The notes under the pieces are model-generated. The model saw only the letters and a program-made list of their open reading frames with translations, had not been told where the DNA came from and did not search any database. Positions 1-15,000 of a DNA stretch of 64,000 nucleotides are shown here, in pieces. The stretch comes from Eledone cirrhosa (taxonomy: Eukaryota), in NCBI GenBank assembly GCA_964016885.1, contig OZ024741.1, positions 251,100,001-251,164,000 of the forward strand, read 5' to 3'. The position numbers and the translations under genes were made by a program. Every line of letters starts with the position of its first letter. The first letter of the stretch is position 1.

Positions 1-3000
1 TAATTTGTAAAAAAAATCAAGGGGAGATAATTTCCAGCCGTCCAAAGAGAGATAATTTCTAGCCGTCCAAGGGGAGATAATTTCCAGCCAAGGGGAGATA
101 ATTTCCAGCCGTCCAAGGGGAGATAATTTTTAAAAAAATCAGGTGGAGATAATTTGTAAAAAAAATCAGGGGAAGATAATTTGTAAAAACAAAATCAAGG
201 GCAGATAATTTCCAGCCGTCCAAGGGGAGATAATTTCCAGCAGTGCAAGGGGAGATAATTTCCAGCCGTTCAAGGGGAGATAATTTCCAGCCGTACAAGG
301 AGAGGTAATTTGTAGCCGTCCAAGGGGAGATAATTTCCAGCCGTCCAAGGTGAGATAAATTCCAGCCTCCAAGGGGAGATAATTGCCAGCCAGCCAAGGG
401 GAGATAATTTGTAAAAAAATCAGGGGGAGATAATTTGTAAAAAAAAATCAGGGGGAGATAATTTGTAAAAAAAAATCAGGGGGAGATAATTTGTAAAAAA
501 AAATCAGAGGGAGATAATTTGTAAAAAAATCAAGGGGAGATAATTTCCAGCCGTCCAAGGGGAGATAATTTCCAGCCGTCCAAGGAGAGGTAATTTCTAG
601 CCGTCCTAGGGGAGATAATTTCCAGCCGTCCAAGGGGAGATAATTTCCAGCCGTCCAAGGGGAGATAATTTTTTTTTTTAAATCAGGCGGAGATAATTTG
701 TAAAAAAAAATCAGGGGGAGATAATTTGTAGAAAAAAATCGGGGAGATAATTTGTAAAAAAAAATCAGGGGGAGATAATATGTAAAAAAAATCAAGGGGA
801 GATAATTTCCAGCCGTCCAAGGGAAGATAATTTCCAGCCCTCCAAGGGGCTATAATTTCCAGCGTCCAAGGGGAGATAATTCCCAGCCAGCGAAGGGGAG
901 ATAATTTTTTTTAAAAAATCACTGGGAGATTTGTAAAAAAAATCAGGGGGAGATAATTTGTTAAAAAATCAAGGGGAGATAATTTCCAGCCGTCCAAAGA
1001 GAGGTAATTTCTAGCCGTCCAAGGGGAGATAATTTGCAGCCAACGGGAGATAATTTCCAGCCGTCCAAGGGGAGATAATTTCCAGCCGTGCAAGGGGAGA
1101 TAATTTGTAAAAAAAATCAGGGGGAGATGATTTCCATCCAGCCAAGGAGAGATAATTTTAAAAAAATCAGGCGGAGATAATTTGTAAAAAAAAAAATCAG
1201 GGGGAGATAATTTGTAAAAAAAAATCAGGGGGAGATAATTTGTAAAAAAAATCAAGGGGAGATAATTTCCAGCCGTCCAAGGGGAGATAATTTCCAGCCA
1301 GCGAAGGGGAGATAATTTTTTTTTTTAAATCAGGGGTAGATTGGTAAAAAAAAATCACGGGGAGATAATTTGTAAAAAAATCAAGTGGAGATAATTTCCA
1401 GCCGTCGAAGGAGAGATAATTTATAGCCGTCCAAGGGGAGATAATTTCCAGCAAGCCAAGGGAGATAATTTTTTTAAAAAATCAGGCGGAGATGATTTGT
1501 AAAAAAATCAGGTGGAGATAATTTGTTAAAACAAATCAGGGGGCGATAATTTCCAGCCGTCCAAGGGGAGATAATTTCCAGCCGTCCAAGGGGAGATAAT
1601 TTTTTTTTTTAAATCAGAGGAGATAATTTGTAAAAAAAATCAGCGGAAGATAATTTGTGAAAAAAATCAGGGGGAGATAATTTGTAAAAAAAAATCAGGG
1701 GGAGCTAATTTGTAAAAAAATATCAGGGGGAGATAATTTCCAGCCAGCCAAGGGGAGATAATTTCCAGCCAAGGGGAGATAATTTCCAGCCGTCCAAGGG
1801 GAGATAATTTTTTAAAAAATCAGGTGGAGATAGTTTGTAAAAAAATCAGGGGAAGATAATTTGTAAAAACAAAATCAAGGGCAGATAATTTCCAGCCGTC
1901 CAAGGGGAGATAATTTCCAGCAGTGCAAGGGGAGATAATTTCCAGCCGTCCAAGGGGAGATAATTTCCATCCTTCCAAGGGGAGATAATTTCCAGCCGTC
2001 CAAGGGGAGATAATTTCCCGCCAGCCAAGGGAAGATAATACTTTAAAAAATCAGGCGGAGATAATTTGTAAAAAAAAAATCAGGGGGAGATAATTTGGAA
2101 AAAAAATCAGGGGTAGATAATTTGTAAAAAAAAAATCAGGGGGAGATAATTTGGAAAAAAAAATCAAGGGGAGATAATTTCCAGCCGTCCAAGGGGAGAT
2201 AATTTCCAGCCGTCCAAGGGGAGATAATTTTTAAAAAAAATCAGGCGGAGATAATTTGTAAAAAAAAAATCAGGGGGAGATAATTTGTAAAAAAATCAAG
2301 GGGAGATAATTTCCAGCCGTCCAAGGGGAGATAATTTTCAGCAGTCCAAGGAGAGGTAATTTCTAGCCTTTCAAGGGGAGATAATTTCCAGCCGTCCAAG
2401 GGGAGATAATTTCCAGCCGTCCAAGGGGAGATAATTTTAAAAAAAAATCAGGCGGAGCTAATTTGTAAAAAAAATAATCAGGGGCAGATAATTTGTAAAA
2501 AAAAATCAGGGGGAGATAATTTGTACACAAAATCAAGGGGAGATAATTTCCAGCCGTCCAAGGCGAGATAATTTCCAGCCGTCCAAGGGGAGATAATTTA
2601 CAGCTGTCCAAGTAGAGGTAATTTCTAGGCGTCCAAGGGGAGATAATTTCCAGCCGTCCAAGGGGAGATAATTTCCAGCCAGCCAAGGGGAGATAATTTC
2701 CAGCCAGCCAAGGGGAGATATTTGTAAAAAAAATCAGGGAGAGATAATTTGTAAAAAAAAAATCAGGTGTAGATAATTTGTAGAAAACATAAAGGGGAGA
2801 TAATTTCCAGCCGTCCAAGGGGAGAAAATTTCCATCCAGCCAAGGGGAGATAATTTTTTTTTAAATATCAGGCGGAGATAATTTGTAAAAAAAAATCAGG
2901 GGGAGATAATTAGTAAAAAAATCAAGGGGAGACAATTTCCAGCCGTCCAAGGGGAGATAATTTCCAGCCCTACAAGCAGCTATAATTTCAAGCCGTCCAA

Positions 3001-6000
3001 AGGGAGATAATTTCCAGCCAGCGAAGGGGAGATAATTTTTTTTTAAATTAGGGGGAGATTTGTAAAAAAAATCAGGGGGAGATAATTTGTAAAAAAAATC
3101 AAGGGGAAATAATTTCCAGCCGTCCAAGGGGAGATAATTTTCAGCCGTCCAAGGGGAGATAATTTCCAGCCGTCCAAGGAGAGGTAATTTCTAGCCGTCC
3201 AAGGGGAGATAATTTCCAGCCGTCCAAGGGGAGATAATTTCCAGCCGTCCAAGGGGAGATAATTTCCAGCCGTTCAAGGGGAGATAATTTTCAGCCGTCC
3301 AAGAAGAGGTAATTTCTAGCCGTCCAAGGGGAGATAATTTCTAGCCGTCCAAGGGGAGATAATTTCCAGCCGTCCAAGGGGAGATAATTTTTTTTTTTAA
3401 ATCAGGGGAGGTCATTTGTAAAAAAAATTAGGGGGAGATAATTTGTGAAAAAAATCAGGGGGAGATAATTTGTAAAAAAAAATCAGGGGGAGCTAATTTG
3501 TAAAAAAATATCAGGGGGAGATTATTTCCAGCCAGCCAAGGGGAGATAATTTGTAAAAAAAATCAATGGGAGATAATTTCCAGCCGTCCAAGGGGAGATA
3601 ATTTCCAGCCGTCCAAGGGGAGATAATTTTAAAAAAATAATCAGGCGGAGATAAGTTGTAAAAAAAAATCAGGGGGAGATAATTTGTAAAAAAAAATCAG
3701 GGGGAGATAATTTGTAAAAAAAATCAAGGGGAGATAATTTCCAGCCGTCCAAGGGGAGATAATTTCCATCCTTCCAAAGGGAGATAATTTCCAGCCGTCC
3801 AAGGGGAGATAATTTCCCGCCAGCCAAGGGAAGATAATATTTAAAAAAATCAGGCGGAGATAATTTGTAAAAAAAATCAGGGGTAGATAATTTGTAAAAA
3901 AATCAGGGGGAGATAATTTGTAAAAAAAAATCAGGGGGAGATAATTTGTAAAAAAAATCAGGGGGAGATAATTTGTAAAAAAAAATCAGGGGTAGATAAT
4001 TTGTAAGAAAAAATCAGGGGGAGATAATTTGTAAAAAAAATCAAGAGGAGATAATTTCCAGCCGTCCAAGGGAAGATAATTTCCAGCCCTCCAAGGGTCT
4101 ATAATTTCCAGTGTCCAAGGGGAGATAATTTCCAGCCAGCGAAGGGGAGATAATTTTTTTAAAAAATCAAGGGGAGATTTGTAAAAAAAATCAGAGGGAG
4201 ATAATTTGTAAAAAAAATCAAAGGGAGATAATTTCCAGCCGTCCAAAGAGAGATAATTTCTAGCCGTCCAAGGGGAGATAATTTCCAGCCAAGGGGAGAT
4301 AATTTCCAGCCGTCCAAGGGGAGATAATTTTTTAAAAAATCAGGTGGAGATAATTTGTAAAAAAAATCAGGGGGAGATAATTTGTAAAAACAAAATCAAG
4401 GGCAGATAATTTCCAGCTGTCCAAGGGGAGATAGTTTCCAGCCGTCCAAGGGGAGATAATTTCCCGCCAGCCAAGGGAAGATAATATTTAAAAAAATCAG
4501 GCGGAGATAATTTGTAAAATAAATCAGGGGGAGATAATTTGTAAAAAAATCAGGGGCAGATAATTTGTAAAAAAAAAATCAGGGGGAGATAATTTGTAAA
4601 AAAAATCAGGGGGAGATAATTTGTAAATAAAAATCAGGGGTAGATAATATGTAAAATAAAATCAGGGGGAGATAATTTGTAAAAAAAAAAATCAGGGGGA
4701 GATAATTCGTAAAAAAAATCAAGGGGAGATAATTTTCAGCCGTCCAAGGAGAGGTAATTTCTAGCCGTCCAAGGGGAGATCATTTCCAGCCGTCCAAGGG
4801 GAGATAATTTCCAGCCGTCCAAGGGGTGATAATTTTTTTAAAAAATCAGGCGGAGATAATTTGTAAAAAAAAAATCAGGGGGAGATAATTTGTAAAAAAA
4901 AATCAGGGGGAGATAATTTGTAAAAAAAAAATCAGGGGGAGATAATTTCCAGCCGTCCAAGGGGAAATAATTTTCAGCCGTCCAAGGAGAGGTAATTTCT
5001 AGCCGTCCAAGGGGAGATAATTTCCAGCCGTGCAAGGGGAGATAATTTCCAGCCGTCCAAGGGGAGATAATTTCCATCCTTCCAAGGGGAGATAATTTCC
5101 AGACGTCCAAGGGGAGATAATTTCCATCCAGCCAAGGGGAGATAATTTAAAAAAAATCAGGCGGAGATAATTTCTAAAAAAAAAAATCAGGGGGAGATAA
5201 TTTGTAAAAAAAAATCAGGGGGAGCTAATTTGTAAAAAAAAAACAGGGGGAGATAATTTCCAGCCAGCCAAGGGGAGATAATTTCCAGCCAGCCAAGGGG
5301 AGATAATTTCCAGCCAGCCAAGGGGAGATAATTTCCAGCCAGCCAAGGGGAGATATTTGTAAAAAAAAATCAGGGAGAGACAATTTGTAAAAAAAAAATC
5401 AGGGGTAGATAATTTGTAGAAGAAATCAAGGGGAGATAATTTCCAGCCGTCCAAGAGGAGATAATTTCCATCCAGCCAAGGGGAGATAATTTTTTTTAAA
5501 AAATGAGGCGGAGATAATTTGTAAAAAAAAATCAGGGTGAGATAATTAGTAAAAAAATCAAGGGGAGATAATTCCCAGCCGTCCAAGGGGAGATAATTTC
5601 CAGCCCTACAAGCGGCTATAATTTCCAGCCGTCCAAAGGAAGATAATTTCCAGCCAGCGAAGGGGAGGTAATTTTTTTTTAAATTAGGGGGAGATTTGTA
5701 AAAAAAATCAGGGGGAGATAATTTGTAAAAAAAATCAAGGGGAAATAATTTCCAGCCGTCCAAGGGGAGATAATTTCCAGCCGTCCAAGGGCAGATAATT
5801 TCCAGCCGTCCAAGGAGAGGTACTATCTAGCCGTCCAAGGGGAGATAATTTCCAGCCGTCCAAGGGGAGATAATTTCCAGCCGTCCAAGGGGAGATAATT
5901 TCCAGCCGTCCAAGGAGACATAATTTCCAGCCGTCCAAGGAGAGGTAATTTCTAGCCGTCCAAGGGGAGATAATTTCCAGCCTCCAAGGGGAGATAATTT

Positions 6001-9000
6001 CCAGCCAGCCAAGGGGAGATAATTTGTAAAAAAAATCAGGAGATAATTTGTAAAAAAAAATCAGGGGGAGATAATTTGTAAAAAAAAATCAGGGGGAGAT
6101 AATTTGTAAAAAAAATCAAGGGGAGATAATTTCCAGCCGTCCAAGGGGAGATAATTTTCAGCCGTCCAAGGAGAGGTAATTTCTAGCCGTCCAAGGGGAG
6201 ATAATTTCCAGCCGTCCAAGGGGAGATAATTTCCAGCCGTCCAAGGGTAGATCATTTTTAAAAAAATCAGGTGGAGATAATTTGTAAAAAGAAAATCAGG
6301 GGCAGATAATTTGTAAAAAAAAATCAGGGGGAGATAATTTGTAAAAAAAATCAAGGGGAGATAATTTCCAGCCGTCCAAGGGAAGATAATTTCCAGCCCT
6401 CCAAGGGAAGATAACTTCCAGCCCTCCAAGCGGCTATAATTTCCAGCGTCCAAGGGGAGATAATTTCCAGCCAGCGAAGGGGAGATAATTTTTTTTTAAA
6501 AATCACTGGGAGATTTGTAAAAAAAATCAGGGGGAGATAATTTGTAAAAAGAATCAAGGGGAGATAATTTCCAGCCGTCCAAAGAGAGATAATTTCTAGC
6601 CGTCCAAGGGGAGATAATTTCCAGCCAAGGGGAGATAATTTCCAGCCGTCCAAGGGGAGATAATTTTTAAAAAAATCAGGTGGAGATAATTTGTAAAAAA
6701 AATCAGGGGAAGATAATTTGTAAAAACAAAATCAAGGGCAGATAATTTCCAGCCGTCCAAGGGGAGATAATTTCCAGCAGTGCAAGGGGAGATAATTTCC
6801 AGCCGTCCAAGGGGAGATAATTTCCATCCTTCCAAGGGGAGATAATTTCCAGGCGTCCAAGGGGAGATAATTTCCCGCCAGCCAAGGGAAGATAATATTT
6901 AAAAAAATCAGGCGGAGATAATTTGTAAAAAAAATCAGGGGGAGATAATTTGTAAAAAAAATCAAGGGGAAATAATTTCCAGCCGTCCAAGGGGAGATAA
7001 TTTCCAGCCGTCCAAGGGGAGATAATTTCCAGCCGTCCAAGGAGAGGTAATTTCCAGCCGTCCAAGGGGAGATAATTTCCAGCCGTCCAAGGGGAGATAA
7101 TTTCCAGCCGTTCAAGGGGAGATAATTTCCAGCCGTCCAAGGAGAGGTAATTTCTAGCCGTCCAAGGGGAGATCATTTCCAGCCGTCCAAGGGGAGATAA
7201 ATTCCAGCCTCCAAGGGGAGATAATTTCCAGCCAGCCAAGGGGAGATAATTTGTAAAAAAATCAGGGGGAGATAATTTGTAAAAAAAAATCAGGGGGAGA
7301 TAATTTGTAAAAAAAAATCAGGGGGAGATAATTTGGAAAAAAAAATCAGGGGTAGATAATTTGTAAAAAAAAATCAGGGGGAGATAATTTGTAAAAAAAA
7401 ATCAGGGGGAGATAATTTGTAAAAAAATCAAGGGGAGATAATTTCCAGCCGTCCAAGGGGAGATAATTTTAAGCCGTCCAAGGAGAGGTAATTTCTAGCC
7501 GTTCAAGGGGAGATAATTTCCAGCCGTCCAAGGGGAGATAATTTCCAGCCGTCCAAGGGGAGATAATTTTAAAAAAAAATCAGGCGGAGCTAATTTGTAA
7601 AAAAATAATCAGGGGCAGATAATTTGTAAAAAAAAATCAGGGGGAGATAATTTGTATACAAAATCAAGGGGAGATAATTTCCAGCCGTCCAAGGCGAGAT
7701 AATTTCCAGCCGTCCAAGGGGAGATAATTTACAGCTGTCCAAGGGGAGATAATTTCCAGCCAGCGAAGGGGAGATAATTTCCAGCCAGCCAAGGGGAGAT
7801 ATTTGTAAAAAAAATCAGGGAGAGATAATTTGTAAAAAAAAATCAGGGCCAGATAATTTGTAGAAGACATAAAGGGGAGATAATTTCCAGCCGTCCAAGG
7901 GGAGAAAATTTCCATCCAGCCAAGGGGAGATAATTTTTAAAAAAAAATCAGGCGGAGATAATTTGTAAAAAAAAATCAGGGGGAGATAATTTGTAAAAAA
8001 AATCAAGAGGAGATAATTTCCAGCCGTCCAAGGGAAGATAATTTCCAGCCCTCCAAGGGTCTATAATTTCCAGTGTCCAAGGGGAGATAATTTCCAGCCA
8101 GCGAAGGGGAGATAATTTTTTTAAAAAATCAAGGGGAGATTTGTAAAAAAAATCAGAGGGAGATAATTTGTAAAAAAAATCAAAGGGAGATAATTTCCAG
8201 CCGTCCAAAGAGAGATAATTTCTAGCCGTCCAAGGGGAGATAATTTCCAGCCAAGGGGAGATAATTTCCAGCCGTCCAAGGGGAGATAATTTTTTAAAAA
8301 ATCAGGTGGAGATAATTTGTAAAAAAAATCAGGGGGAGATAATTTGTAAAAACAAAATCAAGGGCAGATAATTTCCAGCTGTCCAAGGGGAGATAGTTTC
8401 CAGCCGTCCAAGGGGAGATAATTTCCCGCCAGCCAAGGGAAGATAATATTTAAAAAAATCAGGCGGAGATAATTTGTAAAATAAATCAGGGGGAGATCAT
8501 TTGTAAAAAAATCAGGGGCAGATAATTTGTAAAAAAAAATCAGGGGGAGATAATTTGTAAAAAAAATCAGGGGGAGATAATTTGTAAAAAAAAAAATCAG
8601 GGGGAGATAATTCGTAAAAAAAATCAAGGGGAGATAATTTTCAGCCGTCCAAGGAGAGGTAATTTCTAGCCGTCCAAGGGGAGATCATTTCCAGCCGTCC
8701 AAGGGGAGATAATTTCCAGCCGTCCAAGGGGTGATAATTTTTTTTAAAAAATCAGGCGGAGATAATTTGTAAAAAAAAAATCAGGGGAGATAATTTGTAA
8801 AAAAAAATCAGGGGGAGATAATTTTTAAAAAAAATCAAGTGGAGATAATTTCCAGCCGTCCAAGGGAAGATAATTTCCAGCCTCCAAGGGGCTATAATTT
8901 CCAGCGTCCAAGGGGAGATAATTTCCAGCCAGCGAAGGGGAGATAATTTTTTTTTAAAAATCACTGGGAGATTTGTAAAAAAAATCAGGGGGAGATAATT

Positions 9001-12000
9001 TGTAAAAAGAATCAAGGGGAGATAATTTCCAGCCGTCCAAAGAGAGATAATTTCTAGCCGTCCAAGGGGAGATAATTTCCAGCCAAGGGTAGATAATTTC
9101 CAGCCGTCCAAGAGGAGATAATTTTTTTAAATATCAGGTGGAGATAATTTGTAAAAAAAATCAGGGGGAGATAATTTGTAAAAACAAAATCAAGGGCAGA
9201 TAATTTCCAGCCGTCCAAGGGGAGATAATTTCCAGCCGTGCAAGGGGAGATAATTTGTAAAAAAAATCAGGGGGAGATAATTTCCAGCCGTCCAAGGGGA
9301 GATAATTTTCAGCCGTCCAAGGAGAGGTAATTTCTAGGCGTCCAAGGGAAGATAATTTCCAGCCGTGCAAGGGGAGATAATTTCCAGCCGTCCAAGGGGA
9401 GATAATTTCCATCCTTCCAAGGGGAGATAATTTCCAGCCGTCCAAGGGGAGATAATTTCCAGCCGTTCAAGGGGAGATAATTTCCAGCCGTTCAAGGGGA
9501 GATAATTTCTAGCCGTCCAAGGTGAGATAATTTCCAGCCGTCCAAGGGGAGATAAATTCCAGCCTCCAAGGGGAGATAATTTCATTCCAGCCAAGGGGAG
9601 ATAATTTGTAAAACAATCAGGGGGAGATAATTTGTAAAAAAAAATCAGGGGGAGATAATTTGTAAAAAAAAATCAGGGGTGATAATATGTAAAAAAAATC
9701 AAGGGGAGATAATTTCCAGCCGTCCAAGGGAAGATAATTTCCAGCCCTCCAAGGGGCTATAATTTCCAGCGTCCAAGGGGAGGTAATTTCCAGCCAGCGA
9801 AGGGGAGATAATTTTTTTAAAAAAATCACTGGGAGATTTGTAAAAAAAATCAGGGGGAGATAATTTGTAAAAAAAATCAAGGGGAGATAATTTCCAGCCG
9901 TGCAAGGGGAGATAATTTGTAAAAAAATCAGGGGGAGATAATTTCCAGCCGTCCAAGGGGAGATAATTTTCAGCCGTCCAAGGAGAGGTAATTTCTAGCC
10001 GTCCAAGGGGAGATAATTTCCAGCCGTGCAAGGGGAGATAATTTCCAGCCGTCCAAGGGGAGATAATTTCCATCCTTCTAAGGGGAGATAATTTCCAGCC
10101 GTCCAAGGGGAGATAATTTCCATCCAGCCAAGGGGAGATAATTTTTAAAAAATCAGGCGGAGATAATTTGTAAAAAAAAAAATCAGGGGGAGATAATTTG
10201 TAAAAAAAAATCAGGGGGAGCTAATTTGTAAAAAAATATCAGGGGGAGATAATTTCCAGCCAGCCAAGGGGAGATAATTTCCAGCCAGCCAAGGGGAGAT
10301 AATTTGTAAAAAAAATCAATGGGAGATAATTTCCAGCCGTCCAAGGGGAGATAATTTCCAGCCAGCCAACGGGAGATAATTTCCAGCCAGCCAAGGGGAG
10401 ATATTTGTAAAAAAAAATCAGGGAGAGATAATTTGTAAAAAAAAATCAGGGGTAGATAATTTGTAGAAGAAATCAATGGGAGATAATTTCCAGCCGTCCA
10501 AGGGGAGATAATTTCCATCCAGCCAAGGGGAGATAATTTTTTTTAAAAAATGAGGCGGAGATAATTTGTAAAAAAAAATCAGGGTGAGATAATTAGTAAA
10601 AAAATCAATGGGAGATAATTCCCAGCCGTCCAAGGGGAGATAATTTCCAGCCCTAAAAGCGGCTATAATTTCCAACCGTCCAAAGGAAGATAATTTCCAG
10701 CCAGCGAAGGGGAGATAATTTTTTTTAAAATTAGGGGGAGATTTGTAAAAAAAAATCAGGGGGAGATAATTTGTAAAAAAAATCAAGGGGAAATAATTTC
10801 CAGCCGTCCAAGGGGAGATAATTTCCAGCCGTCCAAGGGCAGATAATTTCCAGCCGTCCAAGGAGAGATAATTTCCAGCCGTCCAAGGGCAGATAATTTC
10901 CAGCCGTCCAAGGAGAGGTAATTTCTAGCCGTCCAAGGGGAGATAATTTCCAGCCTCCAAGGGGAGATAATTTCCAGCCAGCCAAGGGGAGATAATTTGT
11001 AAAAAAAATCAGGAGATAATTTGTAAAAAAAAATCAGGGGGAGATAATTTGTAAAAAAAAATCAGGGGGAGATAATTTTTAAAAAAAAATCAGGGGGAGA
11101 TAATTTGTAAAAAAAATCAAGGGGAGATAATTTCCAGCCGTCCAAGGGAAGATAATTTCCAGCCCTCCAAGGGAAGATAACTTCCAGCCCTCCAAGGGGC
11201 TATAATTTCCAGCGTCCAAGGGGAGATAATTTCCAGCCAGCGAAGGGGAGATAATTTTTTTAAAAAAATCACTGGGAGATTTGTAAAAAAAATCAGGGGG
11301 AGATAATTTGTAAAAAAAATCAAGGGGAGATAATTTCCAGCCGTCCAAAGAGAGATAATTTCTAATCGTCCAAGGGGAGATAATTTCCAGCCAAGGGGAG
11401 ATAATTTCCAGCCGTCCAAGGGGAGATAATTTTTTAAAAAATCAGGTGGAGATAATTTGTAAAAAAAATCAGGGGAAGATAATTTGTAAAATCAAAATCA
11501 AGGGCAGATAATTTCCAGCCGTCCAAGGGGAGATAATTTCCAGCAGTGCAAGGGGAGATAATTTCCAGCCGTCCAAGGGGAGATAATTTCCATCCTTCCA
11601 AGGGGAGATAATTTCCAGGCGTCCAACGGGAGATAATTTTCCGCCAGCCAAGGGAAGATCATATTTAAAAAAATCAGGCGGAGATAATTTGTAAAAAAAA
11701 TCAGGGGGAGATAATTTGTAAAAAAATCAGGGTGAAATAATTTGTAAAAAAAAACAGGGGGAGATAATTTGTAAAAAAAAATCAGGGGGAGATAATTTGT
11801 AAAAACAAAATCAAGGGCAGATAATTTCCAGCCGTCCAAGGGGATATAATTTCCAGCCGTGCAAGGGGAGATAATTTGTAAAAAAATCAGGGGGAGATAA
11901 TTTCCAGCCGTCCAAGGGGAGATAATTTTCAGCCGTCCAAGGAGAGGTAATTTCTAGCCGTCCAAGGGGAGATAATTTCCAGCCGTGCAAGGGGAGATAA

Positions 12001-15000
12001 TTTCCAGCCGTCCAAGGGGAGATAATTTCCATCCTTCTAAGGGGAGATAATTTCCAGCCGTCCAAGGGGAGATAATTTCCATCCAGCCAAGGGGAGATAA
12101 TTTTTAAAAAATCAGGCGGAGATAATTTGTAAAAAAAAAAATCAGGGGGAGATAATTTGTAAAAAAAAATCAGGGGGAGCTAATTTGTAAAAAAATATCA
12201 GGGGGAGATAATTTCCAGTCAGCCAAGGGGAGATAATTTCCAGCCAGCCAAGGGGAGATAATTTGTAAAAAAAATCAATGGGAGATAATTTCCAGCCGTC
12301 CAAGGGGAGATAATTTCCAGCCAGCCAACGGGAGATAATTTCCAGCCAGCCAAGGGGAGATATTTGTAAAAAAAAATCAGGGAGAGATAATTTGTAAAAA
12401 AAAAATCAGGGGTAGATAATTTGTAGAAGAAATCAATGGGAGATAATTTCCAGCCGTCCAAGGGGAGATAATTTCCATCCAGCCAAGGGGAGATAATTTT
12501 TTTTAAAAAATGAGGCGGAGATAATTTGTAAAAAAAAATCAGGGTGAGATAATTAGTAAAAAAATCAAGGGGAGATAATTCCCAGCCGTCCAAGGGGAGA
12601 TAATTTCCAGCCTTACAAGCGGCTATAATTTCCAACCGTCCAAAGGAAGATAATTTCCAGCCAGCGAAGGGGAGATAATTTTTTTTAAAATTAGGGGGAG
12701 ATTTGTAAAAAAAAATCAGGGGGAGATAATTTGTAAAAAAAATCAAGGGGAAATAATTTCCAGCCGTCCAAGGGGAGATAATTTCCAGCCGTCCAAGGGC
12801 AGATAATTTCCAGCCGTCCAAGGAGAGATAATTTCCAGCCGTCCAAGGGCAGATAATTTCCAGCCGTCCAAGGAGAGGTAATTTCTAGCCGTCCAAGGGG
12901 AGATAATTTCCAGCATCCAAGGGGAGATAATTTCCAGCCAGCCAAGGGGAGATAATTTGTAAAAAAAATCAGGAGATAATTTGTAAAAAAAAATCAGGGG
13001 GAGATAATTTGTAAAAAAAAATCAGGGGGAGATAATTTGTAAAAAAAAATCAGGGGGAGATAATTTGTAAAAAAAATCAAGGGGAGATAATTTCCAGCCG
13101 TCCAAGGGAAGATAATTTCCAGCCCTCCAAGGGAAGATAACTTCCAGCCCTCCAAGGGGCTATAATTTCCAGCGTCCAAGGGGAGATAATTTCCAGCCAG
13201 CGAAGGGGAGATAATTTTTTTAAAAAAATCACTGGGAGATTTGTAAAAAAAATCAGGGGGAGATAATTTGTAAAAAAAATCAAGGGGAGAAAATTTCCAG
13301 CCGTCCAAAGAGAGATAATTTCTAATCGTCCAAGGGGAGATAATTTCCAGCCAAGGGGAGCTAATTTCCAGCCGTCCAAGGGGAGATAATTTTTTAAAAA
13401 ATCAGGTGGAGATAATTTGTAAAAAAAATCAGGGGAAGATAATTTGTAAAATCAAAATCAAGGGCAGATAATTTCCAGCCGTCCAAGGGGAGATAATTTC
13501 CAGCAGTGCAAGGGGAGATAATTTCCAGCCGTCCAAGGGGAGATAATTTCCATCCTTCCAAGGGGAGATAATTTCCAGGCGTCCAAGGGGAGATAATTTT
13601 CCGCCAGCCAAGGGAAGATCATATTTAAAAAAATCAGGCGGAGATAATTTGTAAAAAAAATCAGGGGGAGATAATTTGTAAAAAAATCAGGGTGAAATAA
13701 TTTGTAAAAAAAAACAGGGGGAGATAATTTGTAAAAAAAATCAGGGCGAGATAATTTGTAAAAAAAAAATCAGGGGGAGATAATTTGTAAAAAAATCAAG
13801 GGGAGATAATTTCCAGCCGTCCAAGGGGAGATAATTTTCAGCCGTCCAATGAGAGGTAATTTCTAGCCGTTCAAGGGGAGATAATTTCCAGCCGTCCAAG
13901 GGGAGATAATTTCCAGCCGTCCAAGGGGAGATAATTTTAAAAAAAATCAGGCGGAGCTAATTTGTAAAATAAATAATCAGGGGCAGATAATTTGTAAAAA
14001 AAAATCAGGGGGAGATAATTTGTATACAAAATCAAGGGGAGATAATTTCCAGCCGTCCAAGGCGAGATAATTTCCAGCCGTCCAAGGGTAGATAATTTAC
14101 AGCTGTCCAAGGAGAGGTAATTTCTAGGCGTCCAAGGGGAGATAATTTCCAGCCGTCCAAGGGGAGATAATTTTTTAAAAAATCAGGTGGAGATAATTTG
14201 TAAAAAAAATCAGGGGAAGATAATTTGTAAAATCAAAATCAAGGGCAGATAATTTCCAGCCGTCCAAGGGGAGATAATTTCCAGCAGTGCAAGGGGAGAT
14301 AATTTCCAGCCGTCCAAGGGGAGATAATTTCCATCCTTCCAAGGGGAGATAATTTCCAGGCGTCCAACGGGAGATAATTTTCCGCCAGCCAAGGGAAGAT
14401 CATATTTAAAAAAATCAGGCGGAGATAATTTGTAAAAAAAATCAGGGGGAGATAATTTGTAAAAAAATCAGGGTGAAATAATTTGTAAAAAAAAACAGGG
14501 GGAGATAATTTGTAAAAAAAAATCAGGGGGAGATAATTTGTAAAAACAAAATCAAGGGCAGATAATTTCCAGCCGTCCAAGGGGATATAATTTCCAGCCG
14601 TGCAAGGGGAGATAATTTGTAAAAAAATCAGGGGGAGATAATTTCCAGCCGTCCAAGGGGAGATAATTTTCAGCCGTCCAAGGAGAGGTAATTTCTAGCC
14701 GTCCAAGGGGAGATAATTTCCAGCCGTGCAAGGGGAGATAATTTCCAGCCGTCCAAGGGGAGATAATTTCCATCCTTCTAAGGGGAGATAATTTCCAGCC
14801 GTCCAAGGGGAGATAATTTCCATCCAGCCAAGGGGAGATAATTTTTAAAAAATCAGGCGGAGATAATTTGTAAAAAAAAAAATCAGGGGGAGATAATTTG
14901 TAAAAAAAAATCAGGGGGAGCTAATTTGTAAAAAAATATCAGGGGGAGATAATTTCCAGTCAGCCAAGGGGAGATAATTTCCAGCCAGCCAAGGGGAGAT